Counted from the stretch's first letter, positions 1 to 8,963 are shown. The stretch: DNA of 55,259 nucleotides from Candidatus Pelethosoma merdigallinarum (GCA_018716065.1 DVKJ01000009.1:1-55259), one strand, 5' to 3'. A program made the numbers and translations. Notes: generated by a model from the letters alone, not told the origin.

Positions 1-131
1 AGGCATAATTGTTACACCACCTTTATAGTATATATAGTATATAAATATAATAACATATCTAAAGACAAAATAAAAGCCTATTTTCAACAAAAAATAGACA
101 TTTTATATTTCACAAACTACAAAACTCGGGA

Positions 132-159
132 TTGAAAACTTGGTCAAATGTGGTATAAT
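132..159 (+). promoter_or_regulatory. sigma-A-type promoter upstream of the toxSAS/Panacea gene pair
   Basis: TTGAAA (132-137), 16-nt spacer, extended -10 TGgTATAAT (151-159). Confidence 0.5.
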
Positions 160-346
160 AACACGTACTTATCAATGACTTGATTTATAAAATATGTTAT
201 AATAAATTACAATAGGGGTGGTAAGATGAATATAAATAATAATGAGGAAAATAATAATGTATGAATTAAAACAATTGATAGATATCATTTAAGATCATTT
301 TGACGCGATCAATAAAAAATGGAAACAATCTAGTGACTGTTTACCA

Positions 347-856
347 TTGAATATGAAAAAGAATAGGGTAGAGGATATCTATAAAGATGAATTTCTTCTG
401 CTTTATGTTTTTAATTATAGAAAATTTATCAATGATAACATTACGGGTATGGTGGATACAATACAGGAACAAAAATTTTTAAATGTAGTCAATACTAGAG
501 TAAAAGCATTAAACTCCATTCAATATAAAATACAAAATTATTACTTTAATCATGAGAACGGGAAAATCGCATTGAAAAAGTGTTTAAATGATATATTCGG
601 AATTAGAATGATTTTTGACGAACATATTAACTTTAATGAAATAAAGACATATATAAAAAAGGAATTTTCAAATTTGAAATGTATAGAATCATCTAGAGGA
701 AATTATTATGCCATCCATATTTATTTTGGAAATGATGATAATTATAAATTCCAATGGGAATTGCAACTATGGGATAAAGAGCATGAAAAAATAAATTTAG
801 AATCACATGCTAGATACAAACATGATTATACAAAATGGGAACAAGAAAATATTTAA
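347..856 (+). CDS. RelA/SpoT-homologue small alarmone synthetase-like toxin (toxSAS-like). The frame continues upstream to ATG 257 but is interrupted by TAA 290-292.
   Basis: Synthetase-fold motifs occur in the canonical order: NTRVKALNSIQYKI, LNDIFGIRMIF, YYAIHIYF, WELQLWDKEHEKINLESHARYKHDY. It is a short single-domain protein with no hydrolase or regulatory domains. The track start is TTG 347 and the first ATG is 353; neither has an SD. Confidence 0.7.
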   Translation: MNMKKNRVEDIYKDEFLLLYVFNYRKFINDNITGMVDTIQEQKFLNVVNTRVKALNSIQYKIQNYYFNHENGKIALKKCLNDIFGIRMIFDEHINFNEIKTYIKKEFSNLKCIESSRGNYYAIHIYFGNDDNYKFQWELQLWDKEHEKINLESHARYKHDYTKWEQENI

Positions 857-871
857 TGAGGAGGTGTATGT

Positions 872-1627
872 ATGGTCAAGCATTTTATTGTTATGGCTAG
901 TGCGTATTCAATCGGCAAGAGAATTGCATTAGACTATTTTGAAGAGGATATCTTACAAATGGATATCATAAAAAAAGATATAGATTATATATTAGAAAAG
1001 TGTGGAAAACAAGTTCCTATATCTACACATTTTATTCAAACGGAATTGTCTGGTTGGGATCAAGTTGTTAAGTTAGATAAATTTTTTGAAAAAGTCGAAT
1101 TGATTGATACAAAAGAAAAATTTGTAGAAATTTTGTTAAAAGATAGAACACTAAAAGGAATCGATGTCGCAAAATATATTTTAACTAAAGTTCCATGTAC
1201 GCACTTGAAATTAGAAAAATTAGTTTATATGTGTTATGCGGATTATTTGTGTGAAACACAAAGTAAATTATTTGAAGATAAAATATTTGCTTATAGACTA
1301 GGACCTGTTATCGAATCTGTTTATGAGAAATATAAAAAAAGTGGTTTAGATTGTTTAGAAGTAGAAGATGATACATTTATGTATGATGAAACTACAAAAA
1401 AAATGCCAAGTAGAAGTAGAATTCTATCGGCAGAAGATGGGTTAAAAAAATTAATTAGTATTGATAAAACATTAGAAAAATATTCGAAATATTCTGCGAG
1501 TGAATTAGTAGACATGACGCATCAAACTGATACTCCATGGTCTCAAGCAGGAGCTGGAAGTATGGCTTATAAAATAATAGAAGATGATTTAATTATGAAA
1601 TATCACCAGTATGAACAAGTTGATTAA
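872..1627 (+). CDS. Panacea (DUF4065 / SocA-like) domain protein, candidate antitoxin of the upstream toxSAS
   Basis: Core IDVAKYILTK..HLKLEKLVYMCYADYL....LFEDKIFAYRLGPVIESVYEKYKKSG matches the DUF4065 pattern. A GAGGAGG SD lies 7 nt upstream, and the gene starts 16 nt after the toxin stop. Confidence 0.7.
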   Translation: MVKHFIVMASAYSIGKRIALDYFEEDILQMDIIKKDIDYILEKCGKQVPISTHFIQTELSGWDQVVKLDKFFEKVELIDTKEKFVEILLKDRTLKGIDVAKYILTKVPCTHLKLEKLVYMCYADYLCETQSKLFEDKIFAYRLGPVIESVYEKYKKSGLDCLEVEDDTFMYDETTKKMPSRSRILSAEDGLKKLISIDKTLEKYSKYSASELVDMTHQTDTPWSQAGAGSMAYKIIEDDLIMKYHQYEQVD

Positions 1628-1779
1628 AAGGATATGGTATTATTATGTATGACAAAAGGTGAGTAAGCCTTTTTTTCTTTACACATTTGTCGAAAATGAT
1701 GTTAAATTTGGAGAATGTTACGATTTGACAAACAAGTACTAACGTGTTAGAATAAGCAAGCCAAAAAGGGGGATTCTAT

Positions 1780-3291
1780 ATGGAAGATAAAGAACTCATC
1801 AATCAATTTGTAAAGGATTTGTCTTATCAAACGACTACGATTGAAAAAATTACCGGAGATATCAAGAAAAATAAAAGAAGAATTAGAGAATTTGAAAAAA
1901 TAAGAACAAAGAAAACACATTATAAAAACTATTTTCAAAAAATTATTCAAAATCGAAATTCGATTAAAACATTAGCTACGAAAACAAATAACCTTTATAA
2001 TGATTTTATTGAATTCATGGATTTATCGAATTGGGATCGAGATATGATTGTTTCTTATAAAGAAATTCAAATGGCCCATGCTAATTTATATCAGAGAAAC
2101 ATTATTGGCTCTTTTCAAGCTTTAGAACAATTTCTAGAAAAACAAATTTATCATTCTTTTAGATTAAAAGATGATCTCATTCAAGAATATTTATCTTTTG
2201 TAAGTCAAACCATGGAACATATGACAAAAGAAATAAAATCGTTTGAAAAGAAGTATCAAATTAATATTTCTAATACTTCTAAGCTTAGAACGATGTTATT
2301 ATCTAAAACACCACAGTTTGTATCAAAAGAAATGTTAGGTCAATGTATTAACTTAAAATGTGTGAAAAAAGAGGTTTTAGATCAATTGTTTGAAATCATT
2401 GAAAAAAATAACAAACGTTTTTCTGAATATCAATTAGAACAATTTAAAAAAGAAGAAAAAAATGAAGAAATGGAAGAAGTGTTTGTAGAGCCAGCAATTT
2501 TACCAAAAGAAAGTCATGTAGTTACTGTGGATTATAGTGATTATCGTATTAATCAATATTTAGAAATTATCAAAAATTTTTATTATGATTCCGACAAAGT
2601 GAAAGTTTTACTGAATAATATTTTAGATAAACTATCTGAAAAAGAATATTATCGTTTTATACAAAAAATGATAAATGAAATGAGCATCTATCAAGAATTA
2701 TTAAAAGATAAAAAAATTTCTAAGAAAGAGCGAAAGGAATTTCAAGATAAATTGAAACATTTAGAAAAATGTATTCAAATCATTCAAGCTTCTAAAGTGG
2801 TCTTGCCAGAAGAAGAAAAAGAAGATCGTTATCATTTACTTTACGCAACAAACATCTCAGGAGATCCCTATATAGTAAATGAGTTATCAAAATTAACATC
2901 GAAAGAAGCGAAAGAATCCTTTCTTACATGTTTAAATTATTTAACGGATATTGATCAATATAGTGGTGATTTTACTAAAATTCGTAAATTGGTAAATGAT
3001 GATTCTTTAGATATCTTTGAGGCTAAATCGAATCAAGTACGTTTACTTTTTAATTATTTACCACATAAATGTATTTATATTATCCAATTAGCAATCAAAA
3101 AAAGTAATAGAGAAGCTTACCTAAGTACCGCTTATACCAATCGTGTTAATGGGACATTAGAACAGTATAAAAAAGTTCGTTCTTATTTAAAAGAAAATGG
3201 TTTTACGTTAGAACTTCAAAAAAGAGAAGAAGAAGTGAATCAATTAATTTTAGAAAAACTAGATAAGAAATCTTTACAAAAGAAAAAATAA
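1780..3291 (+). CDS. hypothetical 503-aa Lys/Glu-rich coiled-coil protein with a RelE/ParE (Gp49/HigB-like) C-terminal region
   Basis: Long ORF with a GGGGGA SD. C-terminal segment LTSKEAKESFLTCLNYLTD...LDIFEAKSNQVRLLFNYLPHKCIYIIQLAIKKSN resembles the RelE/Gp49 pattern (l.E.k....Ril.y.....i.il..f.KK). Confidence 0.55.
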   Translation: MEDKELINQFVKDLSYQTTTIEKITGDIKKNKRRIREFEKIRTKKTHYKNYFQKIIQNRNSIKTLATKTNNLYNDFIEFMDLSNWDRDMIVSYKEIQMAHANLYQRNIIGSFQALEQFLEKQIYHSFRLKDDLIQEYLSFVSQTMEHMTKEIKSFEKKYQINISNTSKLRTMLLSKTPQFVSKEMLGQCINLKCVKKEVLDQLFEIIEKNNKRFSEYQLEQFKKEEKNEEMEEVFVEPAILPKESHVVTVDYSDYRINQYLEIIKNFYYDSDKVKVLLNNILDKLSEKEYYRFIQKMINEMSIYQELLKDKKISKKERKEFQDKLKHLEKCIQIIQASKVVLPEEEKEDRYHLLYATNISGDPYIVNELSKLTSKEAKESFLTCLNYLTDIDQYSGDFTKIRKLVNDDSLDIFEAKSNQVRLLFNYLPHKCIYIIQLAIKKSNREAYLSTAYTNRVNGTLEQYKKVRSYLKENGFTLELQKREEEVNQLILEKLDKKSLQKKK

Positions 3292-3339
3292 CCGATATAA
3301 TAACAATATATTTGACATAGCCTTAGTAGATTTTTTATG

Positions 3340-3499
3340 GGGAGTTAGAAAATTAGTGGTAGATGAAAACTAATCGAAATAAAAAATTGAAATACCCGTC
3401 AAACCGTGATTTCGCGTTAAGAAACAAGTGCATAAGTTATTATGAAGTAAGGTGGTACCGTCCTCATGGACCCTTACACGCATAATAACTTTTTATTTT
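3340..3499 (+). promoter_or_regulatory. T-box riboswitch-like leader with intrinsic terminator, upstream of the HAD-deoC-orf-tyrS operon
   Basis: The conserved T-box core AAGGTGGTACCG is at 3449-3460. The terminator helix is AAGTTATTATG (3434-3444) / CATAATAACTT (3481-3491) followed by TTTATTTT. The UGGU bulge is complementary to the tRNA ACCA end. A UAC (Tyr) triplet at 3393-3395 is a possible specifier. Confidence 0.55.
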
Positions 3500-3512
3500 A
3501 GGGAGGATATGT

Positions 3513-4130
3513 ATGATAAAAAAAGTAATATTTGATATTGACTATACATTATTAGTTCCTAATTATGATGACGAAAAAGAATTTTTTAAAAATACTTCTA
3601 TGAATGATTATTTCTTGAATCACATTGGAGAATTATTAGAAGAATACGAAAGAACACATACTCGATATGAAGTTCAAGAGCTTCTTCATTATTTGAGTCA
3701 ATATACTTCTAAACCATTACAAGAAGATTTTTTATACAACTGGTTTTCCTTTAATACAAAGTTAAAAGAACAAGATGTGAGTGAATCGAAAGAAATCTTA
3801 CAATATTGTAAACAAAAAGGTTTAGAAATAGTGGCTTTAACTAATTGGTTTACAGAAGTTCAAAGACAAAAATTGGAAAAAGTTGGATTATCACCTTATT
3901 TTGATGAGATCTATGGCGGAGATGTTTGGCTAAAACCTCATCGTGAATCGTATCTTACGGCCGTAGGAAGTCGTTCTTTTGAAGAATGTGTCATGATTGG
4001 AAATAATCTATCCGTAGATGTCATGGCTCCTGCTCAATTGGGAATGCATGCGATACATTATACACAAAAAGAGGTTCAACATGAATATGCAAAAGTAAAA
4101 AAATTAACAGACATAAAAAAATATTTTTAG
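3513..4130 (+). CDS. HAD-superfamily hydrolase
   Basis: N-terminal DxDxT motif (VIFDIDYTLL), HAD-like length, GGGAGG SD. Confidence 0.75.
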   Translation: MIKKVIFDIDYTLLVPNYDDEKEFFKNTSMNDYFLNHIGELLEEYERTHTRYEVQELLHYLSQYTSKPLQEDFLYNWFSFNTKLKEQDVSESKEILQYCKQKGLEIVALTNWFTEVQRQKLEKVGLSPYFDEIYGGDVWLKPHRESYLTAVGSRSFEECVMIGNNLSVDVMAPAQLGMHAIHYTQKEVQHEYAKVKKLTDIKKYF

Positions 4131-4141
4131 GAGGGATTAAT

Positions 4142-4786
4142 ATGGAAATAACAAGTTATATCGATGATACGAATTTAAAAGTAACCGCAACTACTGATGA
4201 TATTACAAAGCTTTGTGAGGAAGCAATCAAGTACCACTGTGCGAGTGTTTGTGTGCATCCTTATTATGTACGTCTTGCTCATGAACTTTTAAAGGATAGT
4301 AGTGTAGCTGTCACAACGGTAGTAGGTTTTCCACTAGGAATGAATACCACGGGAGTGAAACAATATGAAGCCATAGAAGCCGTGAATGATGGAGCCGATG
4401 AGATCGATATGGTAATTAATATTGGGGCATTAAAGAATAAAGACTATGATTATATCAAACAAGAAATCGAAGAAGTTCGTGATGCTGTAGATGGAAAAGT
4501 AGTTAAAGTTATTATTGAAACTGGTTATTTAAATCAAGAAGAAATCATAAAATTAACTGAAATTTGTAATGAAACTTTTGTTCATTTCATTAAAACATCT
4601 ACAGGTTTTGGTCCTAGAGGAGCTAGTCTTGAAGATGTAAAAATCATTCGTGAACACAAAAACGAAGTATTAGAAATTAAAGCTAGTGGTGGAATTAAAA
4701 CGGAAGAAGAAGTTCTTCGTTTCATAGAAGCTGGTGCGACTCGTATCGGTACAAGTCATGTAAAAGAAATTATGGGAGAAAAATAA
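4142..4786 (+). CDS. deoC: deoxyribose-phosphate aldolase
   Basis: Class I aldolase motifs: DMVINIGA, FIKTSTGF (Schiff-base Lys), KASGGI. Confidence 0.85.
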   Translation: MEITSYIDDTNLKVTATTDDITKLCEEAIKYHCASVCVHPYYVRLAHELLKDSSVAVTTVVGFPLGMNTTGVKQYEAIEAVNDGADEIDMVINIGALKNKDYDYIKQEIEEVRDAVDGKVVKVIIETGYLNQEEIIKLTEICNETFVHFIKTSTGFGPRGASLEDVKIIREHKNEVLEIKASGGIKTEEEVLRFIEAGATRIGTSHVKEIMGEK

Positions 4787-4788
4787 TT

Positions 4789-5331
4789 ATGAAAAAAAGA
4801 AAACTTCATGAAATTCAAAAGTTATCGGAATCTGGTCATACGATTCAAGCCTTATCTAATTTAACGGATGAAGAACGATTCGAAGTGATTCCTAAACTTT
4901 TCACTTCCATTGAAGAATTACAATTACCTCCTGTTATTAAAAATAGGTTTGGAATTCGTGTAATAAAAGGAGATTTAAGAGAAGATCATTTAGCTCATAC
5001 CCAGACTGGTAATGAACTGAATTTAGAAGAAGACAATTTAATCATTGTCAATCAAGCGATTGAGGAAAAATCTCCTCAACAAAAATTTGCCATTTCTTAT
5101 GAGTTGTTACACCTTTTGTTGTATCACGAAGGAGATATTTTTAATTACCAACACACTTTATATGATTGTTATCCTATTTGGACCCGTAATGTGATTGATT
5201 TAATGATGAATGTCATCTTTGATTTAAAAGGAATAAAAAAAGAACAAAAAAATATAGATTTATTCTTAGATTATTATCAAATTCCAAAAGAATTAATGGA
5301 ATTTAAAGAAGATAGAAAGAAGGAAAGATAA
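4789..5331 (+). CDS. hypothetical protein (180 aa) inside the tyrS operon
   Basis: ORF tightly packed between deoC (2-nt gap) and tyrS (1-nt gap). No motif recognised. Confidence 0.55.
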   Translation: MKKRKLHEIQKLSESGHTIQALSNLTDEERFEVIPKLFTSIEELQLPPVIKNRFGIRVIKGDLREDHLAHTQTGNELNLEEDNLIIVNQAIEEKSPQQKFAISYELLHLLLYHEGDIFNYQHTLYDCYPIWTRNVIDLMMNVIFDLKGIKKEQKNIDLFLDYYQIPKELMEFKEDRKKER

Positions 5332-5332
5332 A

Positions 5333-6559
5333 ATGAAACTATATGATGAATTAGTATGGCGTGGATTAATTGAAAATATTACAGATGAAAAATTAATTGA
5401 TAAATTAAATAAGGGAGGAATGACTTTCTATATTGGAACCGATCCCACGGGAGATAGTTTACACATTGGGCATTATTCGACTTTCTCCATGGCTTTTCGT
5501 TTAAAAAAAGCAGGTCATCATCCCATTCTTTTAGTAGGAGGTGCGACAGGATTAATTGGTGATCCTAAACCATCTGCAGAAAGACCTATGATTACCAAAG
5601 AAACATTAAATTATAATTATAAAAAATTACGTAAACAAGTAGAAGAAATCTTTGGCTTTGAAGTCGTTAATAATTATGATTGGAGTAAAGATATTAACTT
5701 TATTGATTACTTAAGAGATTATGGAAAATACTTTAATTTAAACTATATGTTAAATAAAGAAACAGTAAAAAGTCGTTTAGATATTGGTATTACTTATACA
5801 GAATTTTCTTATATGATTATGCAAGCACTTGATTTCTTACATTTATATGAAACAAAAAATTGTGAGTTACAAATTGGTGGATCGGATCAATGGGGAAATA
5901 TTACTTCCGGAATTGAATTAATTCGTAAAAAGATTGGAAAAGAAGCTTATGGTTTAACCATGCCTCTTATTACCAAAGCCGATGGAACTAAATTTGGTAA
6001 AAGTGAAGGAAATGCGATTTGGTTAGATAAAGAAAAAACATCAAGTTATGAAATGTATCAATTTTTCTTAAATGCAGAAGACTCTAAAGTCATTGAATAC
6101 TTAAAAAAATTAACTTTTTTAAGTAAAGAAGAGATTGAAGAATTAGAAGTATCTAATAACACAGAACCTCATTTACGTAAGGCTCATAAAGCACTTGCTC
6201 GTGAAGTCATTACCTTCTTACATGGAAAAGAAGAATATGACAATGCGGTACGTATTAGTGAATGTTTATTCCAAGGGGATATTAAATCACTAAGTAGTGA
6301 AGAATTACTATTAGGATTTAAAGATGTTCCACACTTTGAAATAACAGAAGAACAAAATTTAGTAGATTTCTTAGTACAACATCACATTGCTTCTAGTAAA
6401 AGAGAGGCACGTGAATTTATTCATGCTGGATCGATCACGATAAATGGAGATCGTATTCAAGAAGAAGATTATGTTGTGACGAAAGAAAAAGCAAAAGATA
6501 ACAAGATTGTAGTTGTAAGACGTGGTAAGAAAAAATACTATCTTGGTTTATTTCAATAA
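5333..6559 (+). CDS. tyrS: tyrosine--tRNA ligase
   Basis: HIGH motif (SLHIGHY), KMSKS-type KFGKS, C-terminal S4-like domain (SSKREAREFIHAGSITINGDRI). Confidence 0.95.
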   Translation: MKLYDELVWRGLIENITDEKLIDKLNKGGMTFYIGTDPTGDSLHIGHYSTFSMAFRLKKAGHHPILLVGGATGLIGDPKPSAERPMITKETLNYNYKKLRKQVEEIFGFEVVNNYDWSKDINFIDYLRDYGKYFNLNYMLNKETVKSRLDIGITYTEFSYMIMQALDFLHLYETKNCELQIGGSDQWGNITSGIELIRKKIGKEAYGLTMPLITKADGTKFGKSEGNAIWLDKEKTSSYEMYQFFLNAEDSKVIEYLKKLTFLSKEEIEELEVSNNTEPHLRKAHKALAREVITFLHGKEEYDNAVRISECLFQGDIKSLSSEELLLGFKDVPHFEITEEQNLVDFLVQHHIASSKREAREFIHAGSITINGDRIQEEDYVVTKEKAKDNKIVVVRRGKKKYYLGLFQ

Positions 6560-6691
6560 ATTGTTCTCCTGATTTTCGATAAACAATGATGTTTTATTTG
6601 CAAAAAAATCAAAAAAATAAAGTTTTGCAAATGAACTTGAAAAACTTTACAAACGTAAAATGTTGTGTTATGATGAGTACGAGGTGAAATT

Positions 6692-7891
6692 ATGATTGTT
6701 AGAGATACTTACTTAAATCGTTTGATAGAGGCAAAAGATACTGAATTTATAAAAGTTATTACCGGTGTAAGAAGAAGTGGTAAATCTACTTTATTAATCA
6801 TGTTTAAAGAATATTTGCAAGATCATGGTGTTCAAGAAAAGAACATTATTCACATAAATTTTGAATCCGCACGATATGATGAAATTAATGACTATAAAAA
6901 ATTGTATCAGTATATACAAAATAGAATAGGAAAAAATAAAACTTATATTTTATTAGATGAGGTTCAAAATGTAGAAAAATGGGAAAAAGCTATAAATTCT
7001 TTAAATATTGATTTCGATGTGGATATCTATATTACAGGATCAAATGCTTATCTCTTATCATCTGAATTATCAACACTATTGTCTGGGCGATACATAGAAT
7101 TAAAAATGTACCCTCTTTCTTTTAAAGAATATTTGCAATTTAATCACTATGATGAAAGCAACATTGAGGATAAATTCTACGAATACTTAAAATATGGAGG
7201 ATTACCTGCGGTTACTTTAATTAAAGATAAACCAGACTTAGTGATGACGTATTTAAATGATATCTACAACACCATCGTAAAAAAAGATGTTATTGATCGA
7301 AATGGAATTAAAGATATCGCATTACTTGAAAATATTATCAAGTATTTAGCAAATAATATTGGAAGCCCAATTTCTGCCAAAAAGATCAGTGATTATTTAA
7401 ATAGTAATAAGATTGTTTCTAAAACAAATCATCAAACGATTGATAACTATTTAAATATGTTAGAAAAATCTTTTATCATGTATAAAGCAGATCGTACCGA
7501 TATTAGAAATAAAACATTATTAAAAACACTAGGAAAATATTATATATCCGATGTTGGAATTAGAAATATAATATTAGGATTTCGAAATATTGACGAGGGA
7601 CATTTATTAGAAAACATTGTATATTTAGAGTTACTTAGAAGAGGATACCGTGTTAATATTGGAAAATCTAAAGATTATGAAGTTGATTTTGTAGCTGAAA
7701 ACCCGAATCAAATTATTTATTATCAAGTTGCGAAAACAATCGTAGAAGAAAAAGTACTAAAAAGAGAAATTAGAAGCTTAGAAAGTATTTCTGATAATTA
7801 TGAAAAAGTAATATTAACTATGGATCGAACTTTAAATAACGATTACAATGGAATAAAAGTAGTGAATTTAATTGATTGGTTATTAAAATAA
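6692..7891 (+). CDS. AAA-family ATPase with DUF4143-type C-terminal domain
   Basis: Walker A GVRRSGKST, Walker B YILLDEVQ, C-terminal YEVDFV segment typical of the AAA_14/DUF4143 architecture. Confidence 0.8.
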   Translation: MIVRDTYLNRLIEAKDTEFIKVITGVRRSGKSTLLIMFKEYLQDHGVQEKNIIHINFESARYDEINDYKKLYQYIQNRIGKNKTYILLDEVQNVEKWEKAINSLNIDFDVDIYITGSNAYLLSSELSTLLSGRYIELKMYPLSFKEYLQFNHYDESNIEDKFYEYLKYGGLPAVTLIKDKPDLVMTYLNDIYNTIVKKDVIDRNGIKDIALLENIIKYLANNIGSPISAKKISDYLNSNKIVSKTNHQTIDNYLNMLEKSFIMYKADRTDIRNKTLLKTLGKYYISDVGIRNIILGFRNIDEGHLLENIVYLELLRRGYRVNIGKSKDYEVDFVAENPNQIIYYQVAKTIVEEKVLKREIRSLESISDNYEKVILTMDRTLNNDYNGIKVVNLIDWLLK

Positions 7892-7922
7892 AAAAATTCC
7901 CATAAATAAAGGGAATTTTTTC
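7891..7922. terminator. bidirectional intrinsic terminator between the ATPase gene and rpsD
   Basis: AATTCCC (7895-7901) / GGGAATT (7911-7917) stem flanked by an A-run and a T-run. Confidence 0.7.
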
Positions 7923-7924
7923 TA

Positions 7925-8527
7925 TTATCTGTTGTAGTATTCAATAATTAATGATTCGTTAATATCTGTATTTAATTCACTACGTTCTGGTAAACGAACG
8001 AAAGTACCAGCCATTTTATTTTCATCATAAGTAACAAATTCTACTCTTGATTTTGTATTTTCTAAAGATGCTTTAATTACAGGATGTTCTTTTGAACTTT
8101 CTTTAACTGCAATCACATCTCCAGGTTTACAAGTATAAGATGGAATATCTACTTTCTTTCCATTTACAGTAATATGTCCATGATTAACAATTTGACGAGC
8201 AGCTCTTCTTGTAGGTGCAAAACCTAAACGATATACTAAATTGTCTAAACGACTTTCTAGTAATTTTAAGAAGTTTTCACCATGAACACCAGCTAATTTA
8301 CCAGCTTTAACGAAAATTTTCTTGAATTGTTTTTCGTTAAGTCCATACATAAAACGAACCTTTTGTTTTTCTTGTAATTGAACACCGTAGTTAGATAATT
8401 TTTTACGACGACCTTGTCCGTGTTGTCCAGGAGCGTAAGGACGACGAGCTAATTCTTGACCAGATTCTAATACAGAGAAACCTAAACGACGTGATTTCTT
8501 ATATACTGGTCCTGTGTACTTTGACAT
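7925..8527 (-). CDS. rpsD: 30S ribosomal protein S4
   Basis: [17 protein letters not shown]-terminus and S4 domain. The start is moved to the internal ATG (8527) preceded by AAAGGAGGAAAA. Confidence 0.95.
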   Translation of the reverse strand: MSKYTGPVYKKSRRLGFSVLESGQELARRPYAPGQHGQGRRKKLSNYGVQLQEKQKVRFMYGLNEKQFKKIFVKAGKLAGVHGENFLKLLESRLDNLVYRLGFAPTRRAARQIVNHGHITVNGKKVDIPSYTCKPGDVIAVKESSKEHPVIKASLENTKSRVEFVTYDENKMAGTFVRLPERSELNTDINESLIIEYYNR

Positions 8528-8721
8528 ATTTTCCTCCTTTGTCTTATGCATATCGACTAGAGGTTATTTGCAATTTTCTAGGGTGTTTATTTTAATATGT
8601 TCGCTTTGCAGCTAAACTACTAATAATCCTTAAATCGGAAATAAACACATTAGAATCTCCAAATAACGCTGCGAGTTGTATACGCAGTTATAATTATAAT
8701 ATGAAAGTGTAGGAAAGTCAA
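8528..8721 (-). promoter_or_regulatory. rpsD promoter plus ~160-nt structured leader
   Basis: On the minus strand: TTGACT (8721-8716), 17 nt, TATAAT (8698-8693). The leader contains the hairpin CTGCG..CGCAG. S4 autoregulates via its leader in Bacillus. Confidence 0.5.
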
Positions 8722-8879
8722 GCACTTTTTTATTGAAATATAAGGGAAAAACTTCACTTGTTTTTTTCTTTAATTTCTCAAAAAAAACTTGTGTATAGAA
8801 CAAATGTTTGGTATAATTATTTTAGGAATATTTAATAAGTTGGGTGGAGCCAAACTTCATAATGAAGGGAGGCGATACA

Positions 8880-8963
8880 ATGAACAAGAAAGATTTATTA
8901 ATCTTTACTTTAGTCATGATAATCTTCCTTTTACTATTATTGTTAATGATAACTCTAATATAA
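8880..8963 (+). CDS. 27-aa hydrophobic peptide MNKKDLLIFTLVMIIFLLLLLMITLI (candidate type I toxin or small membrane protein)
   Basis: GGGAGG SD (8867-8872) sits 7 nt before the ATG. There is an upstream extended -10 promoter (TTGTGT 8789-8794, TGgTATAAT 8809-8817). The ORF is enclosed by an 11-bp long-range helix, 8838-8848 / 8970-8980. Confidence 0.4.
   Translation: MNKKDLLIFTLVMIIFLLLLLLMITLI

Noticed and set aside
1-24. Probable start of a minus-strand gene running off the left edge: ATG complement at 6-4, preceded by the complement of AAAGGTGGTG at 24-15.
   Set aside because: Only two codons lie inside the window, so nothing can be said about the product. Not reported as a feature.
226-264. 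12-codon mini-ORF (MNINNNEENNNV) with a GGGGTGG SD, overlapping the ATG at 257.
   Set aside because: It is too short and low-complexity to support. It may be a chance ORF in the toxSAS leader.
1321-1515. Antisense or overlapping short ORFs from the six-frame track. This one, plus 1747-1950, 10534-10758, 13828-14049, 14247-14462, 18084-18350, 19015-19242, 21880-22116, 25279-25461, 26353-26550, 28058-28716 (three ORFs), 30811-30996, 31711-31966 (three ORFs), 34272-34484, 34604-34828, 35111-35431, 35499-35771, 37162-37389, 37665-37871, 41935-42147, 42509-42742, 42840-43297 (two ORFs), 50700-50966, 53555-53749 and 54420-54638.
   Set aside because: Each lies inside, and mostly antisense to, a longer ORF with clear homology motifs. 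They lack SD sequences and have odd, low-complexity composition typical of shadow ORFs in AT-rich DNA.
1688-1694. Single TGTCGAA 0A-box heptamers at 1688-1694 (upstream of the 503-aa gene) and 10004-10010 (upstream of ezrA).
   Set aside because: Isolated 7-mers of this composition are expected several times by chance in 55 kb on two strands (rough estimate). There is no second box or other supporting context.
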